Source: an uncultured Microcoleus sp.
GTDB taxonomy: Bacteria; Cyanobacteriota; Cyanobacteriia; Cyanobacteriales; FACHB-T130
Assembly (NCBI GenBank): GCA_964657555.1
Contig: CAZZWA010000003.1
Location: 1 to 45,940, forward strand
Length of the DNA stretch: 45,940 nucleotides
Direction of reading: 5' to 3'
Below the pieces are notes generated by a model that searched no databases, had not been told where the DNA came from, and saw only the letters and a program-made list of their open reading frames with translations. The position numbers were made by a program, and so were the translations under genes. This document shows positions 33,745 through 44,800 of the stretch, one piece after another. Position 1 is the first letter of the stretch; the number at the start of each line of letters is the position of its first letter.

Positions 33745-34388
33745 CTCTGTCTCCTGCTGGATAGCTCATCCAAACTAGTTTCTTGGTGGTAAGGAAAGCA
33801 GGTAGTGGATTGCTGCTTCCCTAAAATAAAAAAATAAATGGTATCGCCCGTTGCAGAAACGGAGCCGAAAGCTTTAGTCCGTCAACTACCCATCCCTATA
33901 AAGATCTACTCTGGAGAAGATTTCTTCTACCAGAGATCTTTGCTGACAATTCAGTCAGCAACAAGCAACTGAAAGTAGTTACTACAGGGATATCTGAGAT
34001 GACTCTCAGGGGGCTACTATTCAACCTAATGAGCTTTTCCTGGAGATCTACAACCTTCATCCTCACAGAAGTCGTTTGGGTGGGGTTGTTGAACAACTTG
34101 AATCTAAGACTAATAAATCAAGTGGTATCCAGTGTTGAAGTATTGGTTGAGTTAAAGCTAAGATAACGAAATCCTAGCGTACTAGCATCACATGAAACTA
34201 TCTTACATGATACTGTCAATATGAAAGAGTAACATCTTGTATTAATGTACCATCTTTTTTTGATGTGGGAATTCGTGAGAAAGTCACTCAGAATGCGAAC
34301 AACTGACAATGTGGATGACTCAAGTTCCCAGCAAGCATCAATGTCAGAAAAAATGAAAGGATATTAAGTGTTAGCATTTTTCCCAACT

Positions 34389-34832
34389 ATGAAGCTGACA
34401 ACCCGTGGACACTATAGTGTTAAAGCACTGCTAGATCTGAGCTTACAGCCTGGGTATGGACCGACATCAGTCAAAGCGATCGCTCATCGGCAAGATCTAC
34501 CAGCTCCTTACCTAGAAAAACTACTAATAGAAATGCGCCGTGCAGGTTTAGTCCAGTCGGTAAGAGGAGCACAAGGGGGTTATCAACTGGCGCACAAGCC
34601 TGCACAAATTTCCCTTGGACAAATCTTAGAAGCGGTAGGCGAAACAATTGAACCACTACCTCGCCATGTTCCAGTCACAGAGCAGGCTGAGGACTGGGTA
34701 ACATTTACCCTATGGCGACGACTGCACCAAAAACTTAAAGAAGCGCTTTATAGTATTTCTCTGGCAGACCTTTACTATGATGCCCGTAGCTGGCAAGCTG
34801 CTCAAGGGCAAGAAACGAGTTTTGTTGTTTAG
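34389..34832 (+). CDS. Rrf2-family transcriptional regulator (no Cys cluster, so probably not an Fe-S IscR type)
   Basis: MKLTTRGHYSVKALLDLSL...ISLGQILEAVGE. The track starts at GTG 34368; the ATG at 34389 is preferred. Confidence 0.85.
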   Translation: MKLTTRGHYSVKALLDLSLQPGYGPTSVKAIAHRQDLPAPYLEKLLIEMRRAGLVQSVRGAQGGYQLAHKPAQISLGQILEAVGETIEPLPRHVPVTEQAEDWVTFTLWRRLHQKLKEALYSISLADLYYDARSWQAAQGQETSFVV

Positions 34833-35211
34833 ACGATGGAAATCGCACTCAACTGCAAGACTTGCATCCTTTAGGGTTGCCAAAAAGACCGGCCATGAAT
34901 AGGAGTATAATCCCTTGAACAGGAGTGCAAGATGTCAGTTAAATGCTTCTTCTGTTGAGAAAATTACATAAATGAATGAAGAGGTTCCTGAAGGAGGGTG
35001 CTGTCACTGCGGCGATTTCTGATTTTAGGCGATTGTTGACAAGCACGAGGTAGATGATTGTAAATGCTCTATCTATAAAAAGAAGGGCCTCTTGAGGTTT
35101 TGACATTAGTTAGCTGCTACTCTGATGTTTTGACAACATGCACAGGCATGGATGAAGAATGAATTCCTATTAAACTAGTAGAATTACTCATCTTCTCTCT
35201 CGCTTATAGTG

Positions 35212-36264
35212 ATGAGTCATCAACTGAAAACAATATTATTCTCTCTTCAGCTCGATGCAGCCCCAGTAGCTGGAATTTTACTCGTGGCTGCCCTATTGGA
35301 TTATCTCATCGGTGACCCATGGGGTTGGCCTCATCCAGTGCAAGTTATGGGCTGGGCAATCAATAAGCTTACCTACTTTGCTCTTAAACAGTGGAAAAGT
35401 CCTATAGGACAACGGCGGGCTGGCGTAGTAATGGCGATTGGACTAATTGCTGGTAGCGGGTTAGGAGGATGGTTAATTGTTCGAGGAGCAAGCTTGCTCC
35501 ATCCTCTATTAGGGATTGCTGTAGAGACCATGCTGCTAGCCAGCTGTTTCGCTGGGAGGAGTTTGAGAGTGGCAGCAGAAGATGTCTTGCAACCCCTAGC
35601 CACTGGTGATGTTGCTACAGCTCGTTCCCAGTTAAGTTTATATGTCGGGCGAGATACAGCCAATCTCTCCGATCCAGAAATTCTGCGGGCTGTCTTAGAG
35701 ACAGTCACAGAAAACGCTACTGATGCAGTGATGGCACCGTTATTTTATTGCCTAGTTGGGGCAGCTATACTTGTTGTAGGGCGATGGGTGCTCCCTGATC
35801 AATCATGGGATGCTAGCTTGCCTCTTGTCTTAGTAGTGTCTCTTGCCTATAAAGCCTCTAGTACCTTGGATTCGATGGTTGGTTATCGAGAGGCACCCTA
35901 CACTAATTTAGGTTGGTTTAGTGCGAGGGCTGAGGATGTTCTCACCTGGCTACCTTGCCGATTAACCGTAATGACGCTGGCATTCCTATCTGGTAAACCA
36001 CGGCATGTCTGGCACCTGTGCTGCCGAGATGCAATCAAAGATCCTAGTCCCAACTCTGGTTGGAGTGAGTGTGCCTATGCGGCGATTATCGGTGTCCAGT
36101 TAGGAGGAACTAATTGGTATCGAGGAGTCGCCAAACACAAACCGCTTCTGGGAGATCCCATACACCCGCTCGCCCCAGAACAAATTCATCAAGCTTTGCA
36201 GCTAACACGGCATTGTTTCCTGATTTGGCTGGTCATAGCAGGTGTCACCTTGCTTCTCATCTAA
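35212..36264 (+). CDS. cbiB: Adenosylcobinamide-phosphate synthase CbiB/CobD
   Basis: LDYLIGDPWGWPHPVQVMG, RDTANLS, ENATDAVMAPLFY and PNSGWSECAYAAIIGVQLGG, in a membrane protein of typical size. Confidence 0.88.
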   Translation: MSHQLKTILFSLQLDAAPVAGILLVAALLDYLIGDPWGWPHPVQVMGWAINKLTYFALKQWKSPIGQRRAGVVMAIGLIAGSGLGGWLIVRGASLLHPLLGIAVETMLLASCFAGRSLRVAAEDVLQPLATGDVATARSQLSLYVGRDTANLSDPEILRAVLETVTENATDAVMAPLFYCLVGAAILVVGRWVLPDQSWDASLPLVLVVSLAYKASSTLDSMVGYREAPYTNLGWFSARAEDVLTWLPCRLTVMTLAFLSGKPRHVWHLCCRDAIKDPSPNSGWSECAYAAIIGVQLGGTNWYRGVAKHKPLLGDPIHPLAPEQIHQALQLTRHCFLIWLVIAGVTLLLI

Positions 36265-36376
36265 GTAAGAAGAGATGGATTCTTGACACAAAAGGTTGGA
36301 TTAGAGGTGGTGACGCCACCCTCCACAAGCGATCGCTGTTAATATACAGATCGCTAAACTTCTTCCTTAATGTGTT

Positions 36377-37471
36377 ATGGGCAATACTTTTGGGCATCTG
36401 TTTCGCATTACCACTTTTGGTGAATCTCATGGCGGCGGCGTAGGGGTTGTAATTGATGGTTGCCCACCACGCTTAGAAATTTCTAGAGAGGAAATCCAGG
36501 CAGAATTAGACCGCAGGCGTCCTGGGCAGAGTAAAATCACCACCCCCCGCAAAGAAGCAGACACCTGTGAAATTCTCTCAGGAGTTTTTGAGGGCAAAAC
36601 TCTGGGAACGCCCATTGCCATTCTGGTACACAATCAAGACACTCGCCCCCAAGACTATGACGAGATGGCACAGAAATATCGCCCTTCTCATGCGGATGCC
36701 ACCTATGATGCCAAATACGGTATTCGTAACTGGCAGGGTGGGGGACGCTCTTCTGCACGAGAAACAATTGGACGAGTTGCCGCAGGTGCGATCGCTAAAA
36801 AAATTCTTCAACAAGTTGCTAGTGTGGAAATAGTTGCCTACGTCAAGCGAATTCAAGACTTGGAGGGCATTATTGACCAGAATACTGTCACACAGGAACT
36901 GGTAGAAAGTAATATTGTCCGTTGCCCTGACTCAGAATGTGCCGAACGGATGATTGAACTCATTGAGCAGGTAAGGGATCAAGGAGATTCTATCGGCGGT
37001 GTTGTGGAATGTATTGTTCGCAACGTGCCTAAAGGACTGGGTTCGCCAGTATTTGATAGACTGGAAGCAGATATTGCCAAAGGTGTGATGTCTTTACCAG
37101 CAACTAAAGGGTTTGAAATTGGCTCGGGTTTTGCTGGTACTTTACTAACTGGCAGTGAGCATAACGACGAATTCTATACAGATGAGACTGGTAAGGTTCG
37201 CACCCAAACCAATCGCTCCGGTGGTGTTCAGGGCGGCATCTCTAATGGAGAAAACATTATTCTGAGGGTGGCATTTAAACCGACTGCCACGATTCGCAAA
37301 GAACAGCGTACCGTGACTCGCGAAGGTGAAGAAACTATACTGGCAGCTAAGGGCCGTCATGACCCTTGTGTTTTGCCGAGAGCTGTGCCTATGGTAGAAG
37401 CAATGGTTGCTTTAGTGCTATGCGACCATTTGCTGCGCCATCAGGGACAGTGCAACACACTGAAAGCTTAA
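36377..37471 (+). CDS. aroC: Chorismate synthase
   Basis: [41 protein letters not shown] and GRHDPCV. Confidence 0.96.
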   Translation: MGNTFGHLFRITTFGESHGGGVGVVIDGCPPRLEISREEIQAELDRRRPGQSKITTPRKEADTCEILSGVFEGKTLGTPIAILVHNQDTRPQDYDEMAQKYRPSHADATYDAKYGIRNWQGGGRSSARETIGRVAAGAIAKKILQQVASVEIVAYVKRIQDLEGIIDQNTVTQELVESNIVRCPDSECAERMIELIEQVRDQGDSIGGVVECIVRNVPKGLGSPVFDRLEADIAKGVMSLPATKGFEIGSGFAGTLLTGSEHNDEFYTDETGKVRTQTNRSGGVQGGISNGENIILRVAFKPTATIRKEQRTVTREGEETILAAKGRHDPCVLPRAVPMVEAMVALVLCDHLLRHQGQCNTLKA

Positions 37472-37478
37472 ATAGCAA

Positions 37479-38330
37479 ATGGAAACCAGCCCTTCTTCTG
37501 AGTTTGTTATCCAGTTCTGGGGTGTGCGAGGCAGCATCCCCAGTCCTGGTAAAGATACTGTTCGTTACGGCGGCAATACATCCTGTGTGGAAATGCGCGT
37601 CGGAGGAAAACGCCTGATCTTTGACGGCGGTACCGGATTGAGAATGCTGGGTAAAAGCTTGATGTCTAACGGGCTGGTGGAAGCCCATCTGTTATTTACC
37701 CACTATCATTGGGATCACATTCAAGGAGTACCGTTTTTTAGCCCAGCCTTTGTGGAAGGCAATTGCTTCCATATTTATGGCGCGGTGCCACCAGATGCAG
37801 AATCAATGAAACAGCATTTCCACGAGCGAGTGATTCATGTCAATTCGCCGGTGCCGGTGCCGATGCTGCAAGCTGATCTGAAGTTCTATAACTTAGTCTG
37901 TGGCGAGACTTTCCATCTGGACGATATCACGATTGAGACAGGTCCCCTCAATCACCCCAATGGTGCTATGGGGTATCGGGTAACCTGGCAGGGACACTCA
38001 GTATTCTACTGTACCGATACAGAACATTTCCCAGATGCCTTTGATGAAAATGTGTTGTACTTAGCCCGTGACGCTGAAGTTTTGATTTATGATGCCATGT
38101 ACACGGATGAGGAATATCATAACCATAAAATGCCTAAGGTCGGCTGGGGACATTCCACTTGGCAGGAAGGGGTGAGGGTTGCTAAGGCTGCGGGCGTAAA
38201 AAGAATAGCTATATTTCACCACGAGCCTAACCACAGCGATGACGAACTTGATCAAATTGCCGAGCAAGTCCAGACAGTTTTTCCTGGTGGATTCTTGGCT
38301 CGTGAGGGAATGATTGCCTCAGTGATTTAA
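37479..38330 (+). CDS. MBL-fold metallo-hydrolase
   Basis: The HxHxDH motif appears as THYHWDHIQG, and downstream His/Asp ligands are present (FYCTDTEH, IFHHEP). Confidence 0.85.
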   Translation: METSPSSEFVIQFWGVRGSIPSPGKDTVRYGGNTSCVEMRVGGKRLIFDGGTGLRMLGKSLMSNGLVEAHLLFTHYHWDHIQGVPFFSPAFVEGNCFHIYGAVPPDAESMKQHFHERVIHVNSPVPVPMLQADLKFYNLVCGETFHLDDITIETGPLNHPNGAMGYRVTWQGHSVFYCTDTEHFPDAFDENVLYLARDAEVLIYDAMYTDEEYHNHKMPKVGWGHSTWQEGVRVAKAAGVKRIAIFHHEPNHSDDELDQIAEQVQTVFPGGFLAREGMIASVI

Positions 38331-38358
38331 AGCAAAAGAAAAGTTTTGAGTTGAGAAA

Positions 38359-38404
38359 TTTGAGTGTTGAGCAAATATTCTTGATTCAAAACTCAACACT
38401 CAAA
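38359..38404. terminator. Strong hairpin between convergent genes, built from AAACTCA-type heptamers (possible bidirectional terminator)
   Basis: Perfect 13-bp stem tttgagtgttgag (38359-38371) / ctcaacactcaaa (38392-38404). An alternative pairing is gttttgag (38343-38350) with ctcaaaac (38399-38406). Confidence 0.55.
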
Positions 38405-38410
38405 ACTCTT

Positions 38411-39544
38411 TCAGAACTTCTGTCCAGTGTAAATGGAGCGAACTTCACCGTTGCGTCGAATGATCGCCTCTTCTTTCGTAACTGCTACTAAAGTCCAGCC
38501 GCTAGCACCAATCGGTTCACCTACCTGAATTCGTTGAGTCACACCGCTGATGTCAAACAGAGCAGCAGAGCGATCGCCCAGATACAGCAATCCCACAAGT
38601 GTATGTTTGGCCTCTACAGGTGCTGGAGCAGGAATAGGCATTTGAGCTGTCGGCACAGGTGGCGCTGAGCCACGGGTGACAGGGGGTTGTGATGGTTGAG
38701 AAGAGACTGGATCTCCTGCCGATGGGCGGATTGAGCTAGGGGCCGATGGGCGGATTGAGCTGGGTGCTGCTGGGTGGATTGAGCCTGCTAGAGGTGGTGC
38801 TAGCTGAGCATTTGGGAACGGTTGATACTGAGGCGTTGGATAGCCAGGGATGTAAATCCCCACAACCGTTGGTGCTGGGTTGGGAGCCTGCGGCAGATTG
38901 CTGGCAGCAGGAGGTGATGGTTGGGAGTAAACCGGCATTCCTAGTTGTTTAGCAGGCAAGACACTTGAATTGGTCTGCTGTTGGCTAATTTGAGTTTTGC
39001 GGTCGATCAATTCCAGCGATCGCAGCATGTAGTTAATAAATTGGGCATCAGATGAAGACAGAGTATTCTGATGAGATGTGGCTGCGAGATTCAGCCGAGG
39101 CAAACTTAGCTTTTCATGGTTAGCCCACCACAGAATTAAAGTGACTACTAGCGAGCCACAAGTCACCCCCAACAGAATTTTATTAAAATACTGACCAGCC
39201 TTAGGAACAGGAGTGGTGGAGCTTCTGGCTTCACTAACCGCGTCGCTTTTTGCCGGTTGCTGTTTGACAGTGGCTGCATCACTCGGCGGTGCTAGCACTT
39301 GTCCTAATGACATCACTGCCGACGGCATTGTGATCTGAGGCATCTTTACAGGCTGCAAAGAGATATATTCTGACTTTGCAGGCTCGGTGGGTAACTTACT
39401 GCTGCCATCCAGAATCCGGTCAATGTCTGAAAACAAATCGTCCATCAACTTATCAGCGTAGGCTTCTGCTGACCAAGGTTGAAGGGGAATTGACTCTGAT
39501 ACTGGCTCTGAAGTGCTTTGGCTAGTGCTTATATCCTGTGACAT
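38411..39544 (-). CDS. Pro-rich single-TM protein with a C-terminal small beta-domain (PilP/GspC-like pattern, very tentative)
   Basis: Acidic N-terminus, a TM helix (ILLGVTCGSLVVTLILWW), a long P/A/S/Q-rich region, and the C-terminal segment LVGLLYLGDRSAALFDISGVTQRIQVGEPIGASGWTLVAVTKEEAIIRRNGEV. Confidence 0.7.
   Translation of the reverse strand: MSQDISTSQSTSEPVSESIPLQPWSAEAYADKLMDDLFSDIDRILDGSSKLPTEPAKSEYISLQPVKMPQITMPSAVMSLGQVLAPPSDAATVKQQPAKSDAVSEARSSTTPVPKAGQYFNKILLGVTCGSLVVTLILWWANHEKLSLPRLNLAATSHQNTLSSSDAQFINYMLRSLELIDRKTQISQQQTNSSVLPAKQLGMPVYSQPSPPAASNLPQAPNPAPTVVGIYIPGYPTPQYQPFPNAQLAPPLAGSIHPAAPSSIRPSAPSSIRPSAGDPVSSQPSQPPVTRGSAPPVPTAQMPIPAPAPVEAKHTLVGLLYLGDRSAALFDISGVTQRIQVGEPIGASGWTLVAVTKEEAIIRRNGEVRSIYTGQKF
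38721..38792. repeat. 24-nt tandem repeat x3 inside the Pro-rich gene
   Basis: gatgggcggattgagctaggggcc / gatgggcggattgagctgggtgct / gctgggtggattgagcctgctaga. These encode the PSSIRPSA repeats on the minus strand. Confidence 0.9.
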
Positions 39545-39605
39545 GGATGGTTCACTACTACATCATGAAGAGTAAAGTATAAAGGATGAAAGGGGTTGAA
39601 GGCTT

Positions 39606-39635
39606 GAGAAAAAGCTGAAAATTTAGCTCTTCAGC
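39606..39635 (-). terminator. Probable rho-independent terminator of mnmG
   Basis: On the minus strand, gctgaa-N10-ttcagc (plus-strand coordinates 39614-39635) is followed by tttttctc (39606-39613). It lies ~35 nt after the stop. Confidence 0.6.
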
Positions 39636-39668
39636 CAAACTTGCCTGCTTCATCTTGCCTAATTTCAT

Positions 39669-41618
39669 CTAAGCTAGGATGCTCGGTTCAGATGACTGTA
39701 TGGAAGGGGCCTCTTCTGCAAAGACACTTCGCGATCGCACTTCTAGATATACCAGCAAAGCGTTAATATCCGCTGGGTTAACTCCACCAATACGAGCCGC
39801 TTGACCAAGAGTCATTGGTCTAACCTTCGCAAGCTTTTCACGAGATTCCATAGACAGGGTGACAATCGCTTTATAGTCTAAGTCTGGCGGCAGAGAGCGA
39901 TGTGCTTGACGGGCGATCTGGTCAATCTGGTGCTGCTGGCGCTGGAGATAGCCAGAATACTTAATGTCAATTTCTACCCCTTCCTGCTCAGCTAGGTTGA
40001 GACTGGGGTTAGCTAGTCCATGCCGATCAAGGTCAGGGTAGTGGAATCCAGGGCGACGCAACAAGTCAGATAGAGTAATTGAGCCTTTGATCGCCATTTG
40101 GGTAGAAGCAGCGATCGCTTGCCCTAGTGCCTCGTGCTCCTTCACTCGCGTTGATTGTAATCGTTCCTTCTCAGCAGCGATGTTGGCTTGCTTGTGTTGG
40201 AACAGCCCCCAGAGGTGGTCATTTATTAAGCCAATTTCCCGACCGAGGGGTGTTAAGCGCTGATCTGCATTATCCGAGCGCAGTAATAACCGATACTCTG
40301 AGCGGCTAGTTAGCATTCGGTAAGGTTCCCGTAGATCTTTAGTACATAGGTCGTCCATTAGCGTTCCTATATAACTTTGCTCGCGAGGGAAAACAATCAT
40401 CTCTTGATCGCGGACAAAGCGAGCCGCGTTGATTCCTGCCACAATGCCCTGAGCTGCTGCCTCTTCATAGCCGGTTGTGCCGTTAATTTGCCCAGCACAG
40501 AACAGCCCTGCAATCTTCTTGGTCATCAATGTAGGATAACACTGAGTTGCAGGTAAATAATCATACTCTACTGCGTAGGCTGGGCGGAGCATTACGCAAT
40601 TTTCTAAACCGGGGAGAGAGCGCAACATCTGCACCTGCAACCCTTCTGGCAACCCAGTTGAAAAGCCTTGGATATAGAGTTCTGGGATATCCCGACCTTC
40701 TGGTTCAATAAAAATCTGATGGCTTTCCTTATCGGCAAAGCGCACAATCTTATCTTCAATGCTGGGACAATAACGCGGCCCCTTGGCATCCACCCAGCCG
40801 CCATAAACTGGCGACAAGTGCAAATTTTCCCGTATCAGTCGATGAGTTTCATCGGTGGTGCGGGTAAGATAACAATTCATCTGCTCACGTTCCACCCAAA
40901 CATCTGGGTCAAAGCTGAACCAGCGCACCTCTTGATCGCCAGGCTGAGGTTCCATCTTGCTGTAATCCACTGACCGCTTATCCACCCGTGCTGGGGTTCC
41001 TGTCTTCAGTCGTCCAGTTTCAAAACCCAGTCGATTTAGAGTTTCCGTCAACCCAGTGGCAGCAAATTCCCCTGCACGTCCAGCTGCCATCGACTTATTA
41101 CCTACCCAGATACGACCTCCCAGGAATGTGCCAGTGGTCAGCACGACTGCTTTGCACTCAAACGCGACGCCGAAGTATGTCTCGACGCCGATCACTTGAT
41201 CGTTGGCACCCAATACCAAGTCTGTGACCATGCCTTCACGAATTGTCAAGTTTTCTTGGTTCTCAACAATCCCCTTCATCACTGCTGCATATTCTCGCTT
41301 ATCCGTCTGCGCCCGCAATGCCCAAACAGCTGGCCCCCGCGAAGAGTTGAGCACTCGCTTTTGTAGATAGGTACGATCGGCCATTTTGCCAATTTCGCCC
41401 CCCAGCGCGTCCACCTCATGAGTCAGCTGAGATTTTGCAGGGCCACCTACTGCTGGATTGCAAGGTTGCCAAGCGATTTTGTCTAGATTGAGAGTCAGCA
41501 GCAGTGTGCGACAGCCCAGTCGTGCTGTCGCTAGGGCCGCTTCGCATCCGGCGTGTCCGGCACCCACAACGATCGCATCAAAGGCGTCTTGGAATTCTAA
41601 AGGCGAGTGCGTGGTCAT
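39669..41618 (-). CDS. mnmG: tRNA uridine-5-carboxymethylaminomethyl(34) synthesis enzyme MnmG (GidA)
   Basis: FAD motif [34 protein letters not shown] and [19 protein letters not shown]. Confidence 0.96.
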   Translation of the reverse strand: MTTHSPLEFQDAFDAIVVGAGHAGCEAALATARLGCRTLLLTLNLDKIAWQPCNPAVGGPAKSQLTHEVDALGGEIGKMADRTYLQKRVLNSSRGPAVWALRAQTDKREYAAVMKGIVENQENLTIREGMVTDLVLGANDQVIGVETYFGVAFECKAVVLTTGTFLGGRIWVGNKSMAAGRAGEFAATGLTETLNRLGFETGRLKTGTPARVDKRSVDYSKMEPQPGDQEVRWFSFDPDVWVEREQMNCYLTRTTDETHRLIRENLHLSPVYGGWVDAKGPRYCPSIEDKIVRFADKESHQIFIEPEGRDIPELYIQGFSTGLPEGLQVQMLRSLPGLENCVMLRPAYAVEYDYLPATQCYPTLMTKKIAGLFCAGQINGTTGYEEAAAQGIVAGINAARFVRDQEMIVFPREQSYIGTLMDDLCTKDLREPYRMLTSRSEYRLLLRSDNADQRLTPLGREIGLINDHLWGLFQHKQANIAAEKERLQSTRVKEHEALGQAIAASTQMAIKGSITLSDLLRRPGFHYPDLDRHGLANPSLNLAEQEGVEIDIKYSGYLQRQQHQIDQIARQAHRSLPPDLDYKAIVTLSMESREKLAKVRPMTLGQAARIGGVNPADINALLVYLEVRSRSVFAEEAPSIQSSEPSILA

Positions 41619-41866
41619 GATTCAAACTGAGCAGCAAGGACTCATATCTTATCTTATCGGGTACGCTAGATGTTCAATCATACAGAGTGGCGATCGCCCT
41701 TGATAGAGGAGTGATTGCTCAGAGCTTAACAATCACTGTTACTTGCTGGCACTTACGTATTTGATGTGAAAAGACTATGGTGTTCAGAAATCTGTAAAGC
41801 CCGTTCTCAGTTTTAACCTGACAACCCCTTTAAGATCGAGAGCAAGAAGTATTTCTTTCTTGGGGC

Positions 41867-44800
41867 ATGAAACGCATCGTCTTGATTGCTGGGTTTGAAT
41901 CTTTTAACGCTGACTTATACCGGAAAGCAGCTGATCTGGCGCAAGCCAGCTGTCCAGAATTGGATATTCGGGTGTTTAGCGATCGCTCCCTCACCAGCGA
42001 ACCCGATCAGGTAGAAGCCGCACTGCAAGACGCCCACGTCTTCTTTGGGAGTTTGCTGTTTGATTATGACCAAGTGCTGTGGTTGCGGCAACGGGTGCAA
42101 AACATTCCCATTCGCCTGATCTTTGAGTCAGCGTTGGAATTGATCAGCCTTACCCATCTGGGTGCGTTCAAGATTGGGGATCAACCTAAGGGGATGCCCA
42201 AGCCAATTAAATTCATCCTCGACAAATTCAGCAATGGGCGAGAGGAAGATCGCCTTGCTGGTTACATCAGCTTTCTGAAGACTGGCCCTAAGCTGCTGAA
42301 ATTTGTACCAGTGCAGAAAGTACAAGATCTGCGCAACTGGCTAATTATCTACGGCTACTGGAACGCGGGTGGCCCCGAAAACGTGGCGTCGATGTTCTGG
42401 ACGCTGGCAGAGAAATACTTGGGGTTGAAGGTGGGAGAGATTCCCGCACCCGTAGAAACCCCAAACATCGGTTTGCTACATCCCGACTATCAGGGGTTTT
42501 TTGAATCCCCCCGCCAGTATCTGGAATGGTATCAACAGAGGAACGTGCCTTGTGCATCTCAATCCCCAGTTATCGGGATTTTGCTCTATCGCAAACATGT
42601 GATCACAAAACAGCCTTATATTCCCCAGCTGATTCGCCACTTTGAAAAAGCTGGGTTGGTGCCCCTGCCCATCTTTATTAATGGTGTAGAAGGTCATGTG
42701 GCAGTGCGGGATTGGATGACAAGCACCTATGAACGAGTAATAATTAAGTTAGCCAAAGGAGAAACAACTAAACTTCAGATGCCGCAAGGCGTTGAGCATG
42801 CAGCAGGTCGTCAGCGAGAAATTGCCAAACGCATTAGTTCCTCCTCTGCTACTCTTTCCAAAGATGCAGTAGATGTAGATGCCATTGTCTCTACCATTGG
42901 CTTTCCCCTCGTAGGTGGCCCAGCCGGTTCGATGGAGGGGGCGCGTCAGGTGGAAGTTGCTGTAAAAATTCTCAGTGCCAAGAATGTACCCTACTTCGTT
43001 GCTGCACCCTTGCTAATTCAGGATATTCACTCCTGGACGCGCCAAGGCATTGGGGGGTTGCAAAGTGTCGTGTTATATGCGCTGCCTGAGTTGGATGGCG
43101 CAATTGACCCAGTGCCCCTCGGCGGCTTGGTGGGAGAAGATATCTATATAATTCCGGAACGGGTGAAGCGACTGACTGGGAGACTAAAGCGCTGGATTGC
43201 CTTGAGAAAAACACCTCCAGCAGAAAAGAAAATTGCAATTATCCTCTACGGGTTCCCCCCTGGTTATGGTGCTACGGGTACGGCAGCTTTACTGAATGTA
43301 CCGCGATCGCTCCTCAAATTCCTCTACGCCCTTAAGGAGCAAGGTTATAGCATTGGGGATTTACCAGAAACCGGCGAAGAATTGATTCGCTGGGTGAAGG
43401 CAGCTGATGAAAACCCTCACTCCCCAACCCCCTCTCCTATCAAGGGAGAGGGAGAGAAGGAAGTTATGCATCCCCTCTCCCAGGGTGGGAGAGGGAGTGA
43501 AGGCGCAACCGTTAACGCCCGCACCCTAGAAAAATGGTTAGGCTACCTGCTAACCACCCGGATCGAGAAGCAGTGGAAATCCCTCACCAGCACTGGCATC
43601 AAAACTTACGGAGATGAATTGCAGATTGGCGGGGTGCAGTTGGGTAATGTCTGGATAGGCGTGCAGCCTCCTCTAGGTATACCAGGTGACCCCATGCGAC
43701 TGATGTTTGAACGCGATCTGACTCCCCATCCCCAGTACGCTGCTTACTACAAGTGGTTGCAAAACGACTTTCAAGCCGATGCTGTCGTTCACTTTGGGAT
43801 GCACGGCACAGTGGAATGGTTACCCGGATCTCCTTTAGGTAATACCGGCTATTCCTGGCCAGATATCCTATTAGGAGATTTGCCCAATCTTTATATATAC
43901 GCAGCAAATAACCCGTCTGAATCAATTCTGGCGAAGCGTCGCGGTTACGGCGTGCTAATTTCCCATAATGTGCCGCCTTATGGTCGGGCTGGATTGTATA
44001 AAGAACTAATGGCACTGCGGGAGTTAATCTTAGAATATCGGGAAGACCCACAGAAGAATTACGCCCTTAAGGAAGCTATCTGTAAGAAGATTGTGGACAC
44101 AGGGTTAGACGCAGATTGTCAGTTTGAAGACGCCAAGCGATTAGGAATTGCTTTCACTCCTGAGAATGTCAGGTTGTTTAGTGCTGATGCCTTTAACCAC
44201 TATTTAGTGCAGTTGTACGAATATCTGCAAGTTCTTGAAAATCGCCTGTTCTCATCTGGGTTGCACCTGCTGGGTGAAACTCCCACCCCAGAAGAGTTGA
44301 CGAGTTACCTGGAAGCTTACCTAAGTGAAGAAAAACGGTTGCCTCAAGAGGTGGTGAGTGCGATCGCCCACGGTGCAGATCGAAGTCAGGTGGGGGCTGC
44401 ATATATCAAATACATGCAGCAACATCAGCCAGATGTTGTACTGCGTCCTCCTATGACACTTTTAGATGAAGCTGTGCAAATTCGCGATCTATTAGCGCAA
44501 ACTGGGGATGAATTAACAAATCTTCTCCGAGGACTCAACGGCGAATATATTCCCCCAGCACCAGGAGGCGATTTGTTGCGAGATGGCCCCGGAGTGTTGC
44601 CCACTGGTCGCAATATTCACGCTTTAGACCCTTATCGAATGCCTGCACCAGCTGCTTATGAACGGGGTCGAGAAATCGCTCAAAAAATTATTGCTCAACA
44701 CTTTCAGGAAAATGGCCAATATCCCGAAACTGTTGCTGTGATGCTATGGGGACTGGATGCGATTAAAACCAAAGGCGAATCTCTCGGCATTCTCCTAGAA

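Noticed and set aside
33896-34309. Two minus-strand ORFs (66 and 63 aa) in the cyabrB-rrf2 spacer
   Set aside because: They are AT-rich with no SD, no motif and odd composition. They are more likely chance ORFs in a long regulatory spacer.
34833-35211. Possible cobalamin riboswitch upstream of cbiB; agaccggcc at 34886-34894 resembles the 3' half of a B12 box
   Set aside because: The 5' half of the B12 box does not match. The site lies only ~55 nt after the rrf2 stop, so there is no room for the upstream riboswitch core. The remaining 300 nt show none of the conserved cobalamin-riboswitch blocks I can recall.
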